Shown here: in pieces, positions 37,664 through 48,236 of the stretch
Layout of the letters: each line of letters opens with the position of its first letter
Position numbering within the stretch: position 1 is the first letter of the stretch
Source of the DNA: an uncultured delta proteobacterium
GTDB lineage: Bacteria > Desulfobacterota > Desulfobacteria > Desulfobacterales > UBA2156
Assembly: GCA_963736855.1 (NCBI GenBank)
Contig: CAVTQK010000009.1
Location: 1-64,000, forward strand
Direction: 5' to 3'
Length of the DNA stretch: 64,000 nt
The notes under the pieces: model-generated
Databases searched by the model: none
What the model saw: only the letters and a program-made list of their open reading frames with translations
What the model was told of the DNA's origin: nothing
Position numbers and translations under genes: made by a program

Positions 37664-38380
37664 ATGAACTTATCATCCGGCCATCGATCCTGGCTTGCGT
37701 TCGAATTGCCGCTGATTCCCTATCCGGAAGCCCTGGAATTACAGCATCGTATCTTAGGACAGCGAATCGACGGCACCCTGGATTCCGACGTGGTCCTTAT
37801 CCTTGAACACCCACCTGTTTTTACCCTGGGTCGCCGCGGGGGGCTGGAGAATATGAGGGTCTCTCAAGGGTTTCTCGAGGAACAGGGTGTTGCGGTGGTT
37901 CAGACCGAACGGGGAGGGAACATCACCTACCACGGACCCGAACAATTGGTGATCTATCCCATCGTCGATCTTAGACGCCATCGCCTCTCCATTACCGATT
38001 ACGTCTCCGGTCTCGAGGAGATCATGATTCGCCTTTCAGCTCGATGGGGAGTTGCTGCCCGACGCCGGCCGGAAAATAGAGGCGTCTGGGTGGAAGAAAG
38101 GAAATTGGGCAGCGTCGGAATCGCCGTCCGAAAAAACGTGGCCTTTCATGGATTGGCGTTCAATGCCGCCTTAGACTTGACGCCCTTTTCCTGGATTCAG
38201 CCCTGCGGCCTTTCCGGGATACAAATGACTTCCCTGGCCCAGGAAACCGAAGCCCTTGTTTCCATGGATGAAATCCGTAAAAATGCCGCTCAATGCCTCG
38301 AGGCGGTCTTCGGGGTCAACCTTTATGCAGCGGAACACGGTTTTAATGTCTTCAAAGCCCGTAAGCTGAGAGTAATTTAA
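37664..38380 (+). CDS. lipB: Lipoyl(octanoyl) transferase
   Basis: LEHPPVFTLGR, RGGNITYHGP, KLGSVG, HGLAFN, PCGL. Confidence 0.95.
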   Translation: MNLSSGHRSWLAFELPLIPYPEALELQHRILGQRIDGTLDSDVVLILEHPPVFTLGRRGGLENMRVSQGFLEEQGVAVVQTERGGNITYHGPEQLVIYPIVDLRRHRLSITDYVSGLEEIMIRLSARWGVAARRRPENRGVWVEERKLGSVGIAVRKNVAFHGLAFNAALDLTPFSWIQPCGLSGIQMTSLAQETEALVSMDEIRKNAAQCLEAVFGVNLYAAEHGFNVFKARKLRVI

Positions 38381-38515
38381 GGAAATCGGATTCAGCAGTG
38401 GCCCTCGCTTTGCAACGGCTTCCTGAAACGATCACGCCGGAGGAACATCAGCGGTGGGTCGACCGTTTCACTACTATAGCATCCGTCAAATAGATCCTAT
38501 CTCCGACCAACCGGC

Positions 38516-39052
38516 TCATTCGCCTAAGTTTACAGAGGGTATCGTTCTTCTTCCGAGAACATTGACCGCTTTATGATCCGGAAGGGGCTTACTTTTGGCC
38601 TCTTCCTTAAAAAGCGTTTCCAGATAGGGCAAAGCGGATCCCTGCTCAAAGACCGAGTCTTCTAAAATGCCGTCCGGTGTGAAAACCAGTACCAGCGTGT
38701 CGTAACGTGTTAGATTGGTGTATCCCGAGAAGCTGATGCTCGACCCTGTAAAATCCGTTATCGGAATTCCGAAGGCGAGGCTGTTCTGGGCAAAAATGGA
38801 ACGCTCATACACCAAGAGATCTCTCCCCTTAAGTTCAGCAATCCGGCTTGGCGCCCCGTAAATCGCCAGCGCCTCCCCTATGGTGGTCGACCCGAGCCGA
38901 AGCGCTTCCATTTGGAGCGTGACCGGGTTTCCCTTTGCCTCTCGGAGGATCCGATAGGAAAGGCATCCGTTTCCAGTCAACAGGAAAAAAACAGAGCAAA
39001 GGCCGAGCAGGATGCCTTTAAAACGGAAGTCCATAAGCCGTTTGTTCCGCAT
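38516..39052 (-). CDS. Putative lipoprotein, SmpA/OmlA (BamE)-like fold
   Basis: Hydrophobic leader ending GNGC; LRLGSTT..EAL..YGAP...LVLVF..DGIL. Confidence 0.55.
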   Translation of the reverse strand: MRNKRLMDFRFKGILLGLCSVFFLLTGNGCLSYRILREAKGNPVTLQMEALRLGSTTIGEALAIYGAPSRIAELKGRDLLVYERSIFAQNSLAFGIPITDFTGSSISFSGYTNLTRYDTLVLVFTPDGILEDSVFEQGSALPYLETLFKEEAKSKPLPDHKAVNVLGRRTIPSVNLGE

Positions 39053-39401
39053 TTAAGCTGACCCCGAAATGCGTTAAAACATTATCCTTATCAAAAAAGA
39101 GCGCCACCTGATCGTACTGCGTATCGAAGTTGCCCATGGTCAAGAGCACGAGCCATAAAGCCGTCCCTTTGGTCACGGCTCTCCGGTAGATATAGGCGTT
39201 TCCGTTTGACAGTTTGACCATCTCTGTGGGAGCCCCGAACAGCCGGGTAACGTCTGCGGCCACGGTTTTACCCGGCGAAAGAGCATCGATTTTGGACGCG
39301 TCGAACGGTTGATACTCCTTGGTCTTTCCGATGACGGTGCACCCCGTCACGGTCCAACACACGATCATGCCGATGAAAACGGCAATGCTTTTCCTCATCA
39401 T
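39018..39401 (-). CDS. Putative lipoprotein, SmpA/OmlA (BamE)-like fold
   Basis: Lipobox VTGC; PGKTV..DV..LFGAP...LFFDKDNVL. Confidence 0.6.
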   Translation of the reverse strand: MMRKSIAVFIGMIVCWTVTGCTVIGKTKEYQPFDASKIDALSPGKTVAADVTRLFGAPTEMVKLSNGNAYIYRRAVTKGTALWLVLLTMGNFDTQYDQVALFFDKDNVLTHFGVSLNAEQTAYGLPF

Positions 39402-39484
39402 TCTTCTCCCCTTTTTCAGCTCATTATGTGATAACCCGAATACCGTCGGCTTGGAGGCGAGCACATTAATCCAACTATCATTCG

Positions 39485-39784
39485 CTAATCCTCCCTTATC
39501 TTTTTCAGATACACCTCCCATTCCATCGGCAGCAGGTGTTTTTTTTGAGTATTGCATTCTTTGCAACTGGTTACCAAGTTTCCCCTGGTGCTTTTTCCCC
39601 CTCTGGACAGGGGAACGATATGGTCCATGGTCAGAGCCCTTGCCGGAAACGGTTTTCCGCAGTAATGGCACTTCCCTTTTGCGAGCTTTCTTTTCCACCA
39701 TTGGGTCTTCCTGAGTTCCCTGGCTTTCCTGCGTTCCGCTGCGAGACGTGTTTCATCGAAATCGATTTCAAACGAATCCGTCAT
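39485..39784 (-). CDS. Small HNH endonuclease-domain protein
   Basis: CHYC...TMDHIVPLSRGGKS..GNLVTSCKECN. Confidence 0.9.
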   Translation of the reverse strand: MTDSFEIDFDETRLAAERRKARELRKTQWWKRKLAKGKCHYCGKPFPARALTMDHIVPLSRGGKSTRGNLVTSCKECNTQKKHLLPMEWEVYLKKIRED

Positions 39785-39867
39785 TTTTCATCCATAATTG
39801 TCAATCAAAACCTACAAGCACCGTTTGATCGCTTGCATTAAATCCAAACGGGAATGAAAAACCCGGG

Positions 39868-40782
39868 TCATTCGTACCCAAATCGCTTCAATGCCTTCGT
39901 GTCCTTCCTCCAATTTTTCTGGACCCGAACCAAGAGTTCCAGAAAAACCCGACACTCTAAAAAGGCTTCGATTTCCTGCCGGGCATCGGCCCCGATCTGC
40001 GAAAGCTTTTGTCCGGCTTTTCCGATCAGGATCCCTTTCTGGGAGTCGCGCTCCACATGAATGGTGGCCTTGATCCGCACAAACGGTCTTTCCGTGCTTC
40101 GGAAAAAGTCGTCCACCGTCACTGCCGTGGCATAAGGAATCTCCTGTCCGGTCAACCGGAAAACCTTTTCCCGGATCCGTTCGGCTACCAGAAACCGCAT
40201 GGACATATCGGTGATCGTATCGTCTCCGAAGTAGGGCGGTCCTTCGGGAAGAAGTCCTTCAAGGGTGCAAAGGAGCGATTCGATTCCCATCCCGTTTTTC
40301 GCACAGATGGGAAAAATCGCCTTAAAAGGATATGCCCCGGCCCATTGTCTCGTCAAGGTGGAAAGGGTTCCTTTATCAACAAGATCGATCTTGTTGAAGG
40401 ATAAAACAGCCCTGGGATTTTTCGACCGAATCGCCTTGATGAGGACTTCTTCGGATTCCAGGTCGGCCGCACCGGCATCAAGAATCAGGAGAACGACATC
40501 GGCTTCCGAAAAAGCCGACAGTGCCTTATTGACGAGCCTGGCGTTGAACGGGGTTGCGCCCTGAAACACACCCGGCGTGTCGAGGAAAAGGATCTGAGAA
40601 CCGGGCCGATGCAAGATTCCCAGGATCCGGTTTCGGGTGGTCTGGGGCTTTCTTGAGGTAATGGAGATCTTTTCCTTGATGACCCGGTTTAAAAAGGTCG
40701 ATTTTCCGGCATTCGGTGGACCGATGAGGGCCACATATCCTGACCGGAAAGGGACGGGATGAGAGCCTCGATTTATCCTCAT
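39868..40782 (-). CDS. era: GTPase Era
   Basis: GPPNAGKST, KPQTTR, DTPG, NKID, SQKGILIGK KH domain. Confidence 0.96.
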   Translation of the reverse strand: MRINRGSHPVPFRSGYVALIGPPNAGKSTFLNRVIKEKISITSRKPQTTRNRILGILHRPGSQILFLDTPGVFQGATPFNARLVNKALSAFSEADVVLLILDAGAADLESEEVLIKAIRSKNPRAVLSFNKIDLVDKGTLSTLTRQWAGAYPFKAIFPICAKNGMGIESLLCTLEGLLPEGPPYFGDDTITDMSMRFLVAERIREKVFRLTGQEIPYATAVTVDDFFRSTERPFVRIKATIHVERDSQKGILIGKAGQKLSQIGADARQEIEAFLECRVFLELLVRVQKNWRKDTKALKRFGYE

Positions 40783-40822
40783 TCCAGGATCTGGTCGCTT
40801 CCGGTTGATTTTCTTTCTCTCT

Positions 40823-41401
40823 TTACAGACCGGCTTCGATGGCATCCCACAACTGGTCTTTCCCCTGTCCGGTTTTTGCCGAAAAAAGAATCAGCTCATC
40901 CGGGTCCAGGTTAAACGCCCTCGAGGCGCCGGATCGCTGAAAAAGCTGCCGGGTCTTGGACAGCTTGTCCGCTTTTGTCAAAACAATGATGCCGCGTTGA
41001 CCCTGCCGGGCGAGCCACTCCATCAGAGCCAGTTCCTCATCCCCCGGAGTCCTGCGGACATCCATGACCACCACGACGCCTTTGAGCTGGCTTCTTTTTC
41101 GAAGATACATCTCGATCCATTGTTTCCAGCTTTTTCTCAAGGTGATGGGGACCTTGGCATATCCATAACCCGGCAAATCCACAAACATCAGCATCCCATT
41201 GATGAGAAAAAAATTCAACTGTCGGGTCTTTCCCGGCGTGTTGCTTGTTTTCACGAGATTTTTTCGGTTAACCAGGGTATTGATCAGGGAAGATTTCCCT
41301 GCATTGGATCGTCCCGAAAAGGCGATTTCCGGAAAATTGCCGACCGGATAATGGCTGGGATTTACCGCGCTTTTGATAAACTCTGCGGAACGGATCTTCA
41401 A
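40823..41401 (-). CDS. engB: Ribosome biogenesis GTPase YihA/YsxC
   Basis: GRSNAGKSSLIN, TPGKT, VDLPGYGYA, TKADK. Confidence 0.96.
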   Translation of the reverse strand: MKIRSAEFIKSAVNPSHYPVGNFPEIAFSGRSNAGKSSLINTLVNRKNLVKTSNTPGKTRQLNFFLINGMLMFVDLPGYGYAKVPITLRKSWKQWIEMYLRKRSQLKGVVVVMDVRRTPGDEELALMEWLARQGQRGIIVLTKADKLSKTRQLFQRSGASRAFNLDPDELILFSAKTGQGKDQLWDAIEAGL

Positions 41402-41481
41402 GGGTTCAAGGCTCCAGTCGATGCCGGTTCTCGTCAAATATGCGGCTGCCGATTGCCTCATCCATGCCCACTAGAAAGATC

Positions 41482-41724
41482 TCAACCGGATAAGGGCCGT
41501 CTGCAAGGCCCTCTTTTTTTGAGGTAGTCTTCCAAACGATTCATCCCTTCCGCGATGTTTTCTATGGAATTGGCATAGGAAAACCGGAGGTACCCCTCTC
41601 CGTTTTGTCCGAAATCGATCCCCGGCGCCACACCCACATGGGCTTTTTCCAGGAGATCAAAGGCCAGCTCATACGATTTTTCATGGATGTATGCGGCATT
41701 GGCAAAAACATAGAACGCCCCGGT
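41482..41724 (-). pseudogene. C-terminal remnant (about 80 codons) of a class I/II PLP aminotransferase
   Basis: TGAFYVFANA...LLEKAHVGVAPGIDFGQNGEGYLRFSYANSIENIAEGMNRL; no start codon; begins 3 bp after the hisG stop. Confidence 0.85.
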
Positions 41725-41727
41725 CCT

Positions 41728-42600
41728 TTAAACCACCTTATTCAAGGGGTATTCGATGATCCCCTCGGCGCCCCGTTTTAAAAGCTCCGGGATCAGGTCC
41801 CGAACGATCCCGCTGTCCACCACGGTCTCCACCGAGAACCATTTACTCTGGTACAGCGGAGCCACGGTGGGGGCGTTCAGGCTGGGGAGGAGAGCCACCA
41901 CTTTTTCGAGGCATTGTTCAGGGACGTTCATTTTCAATCCAACGAGCTTTTCACCCAAAAGCGCCCCTTTGAGCAAAAGGGCGATCTGTTCGATCTTCTC
42001 CCGCTTTTCGGGATTTTTGAAGGATTCGCGATTGGCGATGAGCTGTGTGTTGGTCTGCATCAATTCGAGGATGATCCGAAGCCCATGGGCCCTGAGGGTG
42101 CTTTCGGTCTCCGTTACCTCCACGATGGCGTCGACCAGCCCGGATACCACCTTGGCTTCGGTGGCTCCCCATGAAAATTCCACATTCACACCAACGTGAC
42201 GTTCCTTGAAAAAGCGCTGGGTAAACTGGACCAGCTCCGTGGCGATCTTCTTGCCGCTTAGGTCTTCGAGGGACCGAATGGGTGAATCGTACGGCACAGC
42301 GAGGATCCAGCGGGCAGGCCGTGAACTGATTTTCGAATAAACCAGATCTGCGACCACGTGGACATCGGAGGCGTTTTCCGCAATCCAGTCCTTACCGGTC
42401 AAACCCGCATCCAGCGTCCCCCCTTCCACATATCGGGACATCTCCTGAGCGCGGCAGATGGCGCACTCAATGAAAGGATCGTTGATCTCCGGAAAATAGC
42501 TCCTCCCGTTCACTTCGATGGTCCATCCTGATCGTTTAAACAGAGCGATAGTGGCGTTATGAAGGCTTCCCTTGGGTATTCCGAGCTTGATTTTCGTCAT
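41728..42600 (-). CDS. hisG: ATP phosphoribosyltransferase (long form)
   Basis: LGIPKGSL, RAQEM, DAGLTGKDW, GATEAK, VTETESTL, C-terminal regulatory domain. Confidence 0.95.
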   Translation of the reverse strand: MTKIKLGIPKGSLHNATIALFKRSGWTIEVNGRSYFPEINDPFIECAICRAQEMSRYVEGGTLDAGLTGKDWIAENASDVHVVADLVYSKISSRPARWILAVPYDSPIRSLEDLSGKKIATELVQFTQRFFKERHVGVNVEFSWGATEAKVVSGLVDAIVEVTETESTLRAHGLRIILELMQTNTQLIANRESFKNPEKREKIEQIALLLKGALLGEKLVGLKMNVPEQCLEKVVALLPSLNAPTVAPLYQSKWFSVETVVDSGIVRDLIPELLKRGAEGIIEYPLNKVV

Positions 42601-42977
42601 TTTCCGTAGACCTCCCTGGGATCGAACACCGGCGAGCCTACAACATGAATGGAACCGTTGCGCACTTCTTTGTGAAAACAGCTTCGATGGCCGGTATGAC
42701 ATGCGGCCCCGCCCACCTGTTCCACCAGCAGGAGTACAGCATCGTCGTCGCAGTCGATTCGGATTTCTTTGACAATCTGGTAACGCCCGGAAGTATTTCC
42801 CTTGATCCAGAGTTCCTGGCGACTGCGGCTGAAAAACGTGGCCCGCCCGGTTTTAAGTGTCAAATGCCAAGCCTGTTCGTTTATGAACCCCAGCATGAGG
42901 ACTTCCCGGGTTTCGTAATCCTGTACCACCGCGGGGACAAGCCCTCCCATCTTGTCAAAGCTTAACTTCACCATCAT
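42597..42977 (-). CDS. hisI: Phosphoribosyl-AMP cyclohydrolase
   Basis: GLVPAVVQD, SRSR..LW.KG.TSG, DCDDD, ACHTG.RSCF. Confidence 0.96.
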   Translation of the reverse strand: MMVKLSFDKMGGLVPAVVQDYETREVLMLGFINEQAWHLTLKTGRATFFSRSRQELWIKGNTSGRYQIVKEIRIDCDDDAVLLLVEQVGGAACHTGHRSCFHKEVRNGSIHVVGSPVFDPREVYGK

Positions 42978-43153
42978 CGATTCCTTAATGACATGAAAAC
43001 AAGAAAATTAAGAATATAAACTAATTTAAATAACGTCGCACCCTCAAGTTGTCAATTGCTTTTTAGTGCGATTCAGATGGATCCGGCCCTTGTCTTGTTA
43101 AGCTTTACCTGGTAAAATTACTTATTAGCGAACACAGCCTCTGCCGAACACCC

Positions 43154-45556
43154 ATGACAAAAAAAAACGCACAGATACTCAAAAAGCGTGCAAAAAAATC
43201 GGGCTCCTGGAAACAGGGACTTCTTTTCCGTTGGTTCGCCTACACGGCGATCTTTTTGCTGATGCTGGGAATCCTTGGAATGACGGGCATCTATTTCTAT
43301 CTGGCGGAAGATCTCCCCCAGATCGAGTCCCTGAAGGATTACCGGCCTCCCGTTATCACCACGGTGTACTCGGACGACAACCGGAAAATCGGTGAATTTT
43401 ATAAAGAGCGGCGGATCGTCGTTCCTTTGGCTGATATTTCACCGATACTGAAAGCAGCCTTCATCGCCGCCGAAGACTCCCGCTTCTACGATCATGAAGG
43501 GATCGATTTCATCAGCATCCTCCGGGCTTTCTTCAAGAATATAGAGGCAGGCGCCATCGTTCAAGGAGGAAGCACCATTACCCAGCAGGTGACTAAATCC
43601 TTCTTTTTGACCCCGGAAAAAAGCTACCGGCGGAAACTCAAGGAGGCCATCTTGGCCTATCGGATCGATAAATCGCTTTCCAAAGAGGAGATCCTCTATC
43701 TTTACCTGAATCAAATTTACATGGGGCACGGCGCCTACGGCGTCCAGGCCGCCGCAGAAAATTATTTCGGGAAGTCCGCCAAGGATCTCAATCTCGCCGA
43801 GTGCGCCATGCTCGCCGGGCTTCCTCAGGCCCCCAGTAAATACTCTCCTGTCGGCTATCCCGACAAGGCCAAGGAGCGACAGATTTACGTGATAAACCGG
43901 ATGGTGGCCGAAGGCTTCATCACCAACCTGGAAGCCACCGAGGCCATTAATACAAAGCTGGAAATCCAACCGCGCAAAAACTGGTTCATCGAAGAGGTCC
44001 CGTACTACACCGAGCATGTGAGGCAATATGCGGAAAACAAGTACGGCCCCGACGCCCTCTATACGGGAGGGCTTAAAGTGTATACCGCCGTGAATATTGA
44101 GATGCAAAATATCGGGCGGTCGGAAATCGATATCGGACTTCGTGACCTGGACAAGCGCCAGGGATATCGGGGACCTGTCGCGCACTTGGCCATCGAGGAG
44201 ATCGAAAATTTTTCGAAAACCCTCCAAGAAGAGATGGGGGCAAATCCCCCCGATGCCGGACAAGTCATCAAGGGAGCGGTGGTGGAAGTCAACAACACCG
44301 CCTCTCGCGTTACGGTCAGAATTGGGCGTTACCTGGGAACCCTCCTGCTGGAAGACATGAAGTGGGCCCGGAAGCCGAACCCGGATGTGGAATACCATGA
44401 ACCTGGATTGAAGCATCCGTCGGATGCGCTTTCGGTGGGAGACGTGATCTGGGTCAAGATTAAAGTGGCACCAAAAGACCCCAAGTCCTTATACTATCTG
44501 GCACTGGAACAAGACCCGAAAGTCCAGGCCGCCCTCCTGTGCATCGAAACAGAAAGCGGGTATGTCAAGGTGATTGTAGGGGGAAGGGATTTCCGTGAAA
44601 GTCAGTTCAATCGCGCCACCCAATCCAGGCGACAGCCAGGCTCGGCCTTTAAACCGATTATTTATGCGGCGGCCCTTGACAAGGGTTATACGCCCGCCAC
44701 CATGATCATCGATTCCCCCATTGTCTTTCGAGACACGGAGGATAATTTCTCCTGGAAACCCAAAAACTATAAGGAGAAGTTTTTCGGCCCCACCCTTTTG
44801 CGGGAGGCCCTTGCCAAATCACGAAATGTCGTCACCATTAAGATACTCCAGGACATCGGGGTCAATTACGCCATTGATTATGCCCGAAAACTCGGTATCA
44901 CCTCGGATCTGTACGGAAACCTCTCATTGGCCCTTGGGGCTTCAGGGGTATCTCTCTTCGAACTGACCCGCGCCTACTCTGTTTTTGCCAATTCAGGATA
45001 TCTGGTGGAGCCCGTGTTTATCACCCGAGTCCTCGATCGGGACGGCAAGGTCCTGGAAAAGACGGAACTTAAAATCCAAAAAGTCATCGAAAAAAGCACG
45101 GCGTATTTGTTGACGAATCTCATGGAAAGCGTCGTAAAAGATGGAACCGGATGGCGTGTACGGGCTCTCAACCGGCCGGTAGCCGGCAAGACCGGTACCA
45201 CCAACAACCTGTTCGATGCATGGTTTATCGGATATACGCCCCGATATGTCACAGGCGTCTGGGTGGGGTTTGACGAGGAGAAGTCTCTTGGCGAAGGGGA
45301 AACCGGGTCACGTTCCGCCAGTCCCATCTGGCTGGAGTTCATGAGAAAGGTCCTTGCCGACAAACCTGTCCGTGTGTTTCAGGTTCCCGAGGGAGTGGTG
45401 TTCATCAAGATCGACTCAAAGACCGGTCTTCTTCCCATTCCCGAATCCGAGAAGGTGATCTTCGAGTGCTTTAAAGAAGGGACGGCGCCCACTCAGCATA
45501 CCCGACGGCCCGGGACGATCGCCAACCCCGAGGAGTTTTACAAATCCGATTTATAA
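43154..45556 (+). CDS. mrcA: Penicillin-binding protein 1A
   Basis: AEDSRFYDH, GGSTITQQ, RKLKE, PGSAFKP, SRN, GKTGT. Confidence 0.93.
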   Translation: MTKKNAQILKKRAKKSGSWKQGLLFRWFAYTAIFLLMLGILGMTGIYFYLAEDLPQIESLKDYRPPVITTVYSDDNRKIGEFYKERRIVVPLADISPILKAAFIAAEDSRFYDHEGIDFISILRAFFKNIEAGAIVQGGSTITQQVTKSFFLTPEKSYRRKLKEAILAYRIDKSLSKEEILYLYLNQIYMGHGAYGVQAAAENYFGKSAKDLNLAECAMLAGLPQAPSKYSPVGYPDKAKERQIYVINRMVAEGFITNLEATEAINTKLEIQPRKNWFIEEVPYYTEHVRQYAENKYGPDALYTGGLKVYTAVNIEMQNIGRSEIDIGLRDLDKRQGYRGPVAHLAIEEIENFSKTLQEEMGANPPDAGQVIKGAVVEVNNTASRVTVRIGRYLGTLLLEDMKWARKPNPDVEYHEPGLKHPSDALSVGDVIWVKIKVAPKDPKSLYYLALEQDPKVQAALLCIETESGYVKVIVGGRDFRESQFNRATQSRRQPGSAFKPIIYAAALDKGYTPATMIIDSPIVFRDTEDNFSWKPKNYKEKFFGPTLLREALAKSRNVVTIKILQDIGVNYAIDYARKLGITSDLYGNLSLALGASGVSLFELTRAYSVFANSGYLVEPVFITRVLDRDGKVLEKTELKIQKVIEKSTAYLLTNLMESVVKDGTGWRVRALNRPVAGKTGTTNNLFDAWFIGYTPRYVTGVWVGFDEEKSLGEGETGSRSASPIWLEFMRKVLADKPVRVFQVPEGVVFIKIDSKTGLLPIPESEKVIFECFKEGTAPTQHTRRPGTIANPEEFYKSDL

Positions 45557-45569
45557 ATGCGGGATGCAG

Positions 45570-46448
45570 TTATCGACCGGATGTTTCCTGAAGGATGTCT
45601 AGAAGATATTGCCCATAATGGTTTTTGGTCATATCGGAGGCGAGCTCCCTGAGCGCCGATGCGCTGATATAACCGAGCCGATAGGCAATCTCCTCAATGC
45701 ACGCGATTTTAAGCCCCTGGCGCGCCTGAATGATCTGAACAAAGTTGGCCGCCTGATGCATGGAATCATGAGTTCCGGTATCCAACCAAGCCAGCCCTCT
45801 TCCTAAAAGCTCGACCCGAAGCCGTCCCTTTTTCAGGTAAGCCAGGTTCAAGTCTGTGATCTCCAGCTCCCCCCGGGCCGAGGGATGCAGGGATGTGGCG
45901 ATATTGACCACCTCGTTATCGTATAGGTAAAGGCCGACAACGGCATAGCTGGACTTGGGGTGTTTCGGTTTTTCCTCGATTCCGACAACCCTTCCCGTCG
46001 AATCGAATTCTACCACGCCGTATCGTTCCGGATCCTTGACCGGGTATCCGAAAATAAGCCCGCCTTCATGAAGTCGAACCGCTTTTTTCATGATTTCCGA
46101 AAGATCGTGGCCGTAAAAAATGTTGTCCCCCAGAATCAGACAGACCGCGTCTTTGCCGATAAAGGACTTTCCGATGATAAAAGCCTGGGCCAGACCCTCC
46201 GGCTTCGGTTGTTCGGCATAAAAAAGGGAGAGCCCGACCTTTGAGCCGTTTCCCAAAAGCCTTTCGAAGCTGGGCAGGTCCTGAGGGGTGGAAATGATCA
46301 ATATCTCCCGGATACCGGCCAGCATCAAAACGGACAATGGATAATAGATCATCGGTTTATCATAAACCGGAAGCAGTTGCTTGCTGACCACACGGGTGAT
46401 CGGATACATGCGCGTTCCCGATCCGCCCGCCAAGATAATTCCTTTCAT
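45570..46448 (-). CDS. rfbA: Glucose-1-phosphate thymidylyltransferase
   Basis: [43 protein letters not shown]. Confidence 0.96.
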   Translation of the reverse strand: MKGIILAGGSGTRMYPITRVVSKQLLPVYDKPMIYYPLSVLMLAGIREILIISTPQDLPSFERLLGNGSKVGLSLFYAEQPKPEGLAQAFIIGKSFIGKDAVCLILGDNIFYGHDLSEIMKKAVRLHEGGLIFGYPVKDPERYGVVEFDSTGRVVGIEEKPKHPKSSYAVVGLYLYDNEVVNIATSLHPSARGELEITDLNLAYLKKGRLRVELLGRGLAWLDTGTHDSMHQAANFVQIIQARQGLKIACIEEIAYRLGYISASALRELASDMTKNHYGQYLLDILQETSGR

Positions 46449-46477
46449 CGATTATCCTTTCCCAATGATTCACCTTC

Positions 46478-46630
46478 GATGAACTCGTAAAAAGTCGAAA
46501 ATCAGATGGCAAAGCAAAAAGTTCAAGTTCAAGGCGTCGCGAATCCCGTGTGATGAGGCGTACTTATCGTACGTCGAAATCGCAATGGGATGAAGCGCAA
46601 CGCAGAAATTGGACTTTTTACGAAGCCATC
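46478..46630. mobile_element. MITE with perfect 6-bp target site duplication
   Basis: ACCTTC on both sides; TIRs GATGAACTCGTAAAAAGTC / GACTTTTTACGAAGCCATC. Confidence 0.8.
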
Positions 46631-46665
46631 ACCTTCGACCTTTATGAATCCGAAGGAGTGGCTTA

Positions 46666-48231
46666 TTACGACAAGGAGATGGTTTCTCCCGTCCGCGGAA
46701 CCTGTACTTCGTATCCTTTCTTTTTCAGTGTATCGGCAAATGCCAGTGCCTGTGTTTCTTCACCATGCACAACAGCAATGCGCCTGACCTTTAAGTTGGA
46801 ATCCTTCAGAAACCGTAGCATTTCCTCTTTGTCTGCATGGGCGCTGAATCCACCGATGGTTACCACCCGGGCCTTGAGGAAAAACACCTGGTTGAAAAAC
46901 TTGATCTGCGGTGCTTCGCCTTTTCTCCCTTTTTGTGAATAAGCCTCACCCTGTTCTAAAATGCGGCGTCCCAATGTATTTTCCGCCATATATCCCACAA
47001 TTAGAATAGTATTCCTCGGGTCCTGAATCTTGTGCCGTAAGTGGTGGAGGATTCGCCCGCCTTCGCACATACCGGATCCGGATATGACGATGTGAGGGCC
47101 TTTTTTCCGCATCAGCTTCATGGAATCTTCCACCGAGGCCACGAATTTCAAAGAAGAAAACTCAAAAGGGTTTTTTCCTTTTTTTAAAAAATCCTCGTGG
47201 GATTCTCTATCAAAGATTTCCGGATGCTCGCCATAGATCTGTGTCAGTTCGATGGCCAGGGGGCTGTCCAGATATACCGGAATCCGGGGCACCTCGCCGG
47301 TAATAAAAAGCTCATGAATCACATAGAGCAGTTCCTGGGTTCGGCCGAAAGCAAAAGACGGTATCAACAGGACTCCGCCGCGACGGACGGTTTCTTTGAT
47401 GATTTCCCCGAGAGCCGGCCCCAACTCTGCTACCGGACCGTGTTCCCGGTCACCGTAGGTGCTTTCCATGATCAGTAAATCGAGGTTACGATCTTCCTGG
47501 GCAAAATCGGTGGTCGGATTCCTTAGGATGGGTTTGTCGAACCGTCCAATATCGCCGGTAAAACCCACGGTTCGGGCATCACCGTTTTCCTGAATCCTGA
47601 CAATGCAAAATGACGAGCCCAGGATATGGCCGGCATCGTAAAGGGTACACGTGGCGTCGTATCCCACCGGGATGGCGTGTTGGTAAGGATACCCTTCGAA
47701 ATGCGGAAGCGCCTTTTGAGCTTCTTCCACGGTATATAACGGATCCACACCTTCCAGCCGGTAGCGTTGGATAGTTTCCCGGATGACCTCCAGATTCAGC
47801 TGAGCCCGGCTCATTTTTAGCATCTTTTTGATCCGCCGATCATTTTGCTTTTCCCGGTGGTTTCTGATTTCGGTTAAAAAGGATCGCACCGTTTTATAAT
47901 TCAGATAATCGGCGTCGGATTGCTGGATATGGGCCGAATCCAGAAGAAGAGATCCGGAGGCGTCCGCTGTGGCCCGGGTACAGAAGACGCGGCCGTTGAA
48001 TCCCTTTTTCGTCACCATAGGAATGCGGCCGGAATGATCGATATGGGCATGGGAAAGGATGATGCCGGCGATCATTTGCGGGTCAAACGGAAGAACCCGG
48101 TTTTTTTCCAGGCTCTCCCTCCGCCGCCCCTGAAACAGGCCGCAGTCCAGAACGATCCGGTCCTTAGCCGTAGTCAACAGATGCAAAGATCCTGTCACTT
48201 CCCGCGCAGCACCGTAAAATGTGACATGCAC
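46666..48231 (-). CDS. MBL-fold beta-CASP ribonuclease
   Basis: GAAREVTGS, DCG, SHAHIDHSG, AGHILGS, ESTYG, FSAHAD, VHGE. Confidence 0.93.
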   Translation of the reverse strand: MHVTFYGAAREVTGSLHLLTTAKDRIVLDCGLFQGRRRESLEKNRVLPFDPQMIAGIILSHAHIDHSGRIPMVTKKGFNGRVFCTRATADASGSLLLDSAHIQQSDADYLNYKTVRSFLTEIRNHREKQNDRRIKKMLKMSRAQLNLEVIRETIQRYRLEGVDPLYTVEEAQKALPHFEGYPYQHAIPVGYDATCTLYDAGHILGSSFCIVRIQENGDARTVGFTGDIGRFDKPILRNPTTDFAQEDRNLDLLIMESTYGDREHGPVAELGPALGEIIKETVRRGGVLLIPSFAFGRTQELLYVIHELFITGEVPRIPVYLDSPLAIELTQIYGEHPEIFDRESHEDFLKKGKNPFEFSSLKFVASVEDSMKLMRKKGPHIVISGSGMCEGGRILHHLRHKIQDPRNTILIVGYMAENTLGRRILEQGEAYSQKGRKGEAPQIKFFNQVFFLKARVVTIGGFSAHADKEEMLRFLKDSNLKVRRIAVVHGEETQALAFADTLKKKGYEVQVPRTGETISLS

Positions 48232-48236
48232 GATGA

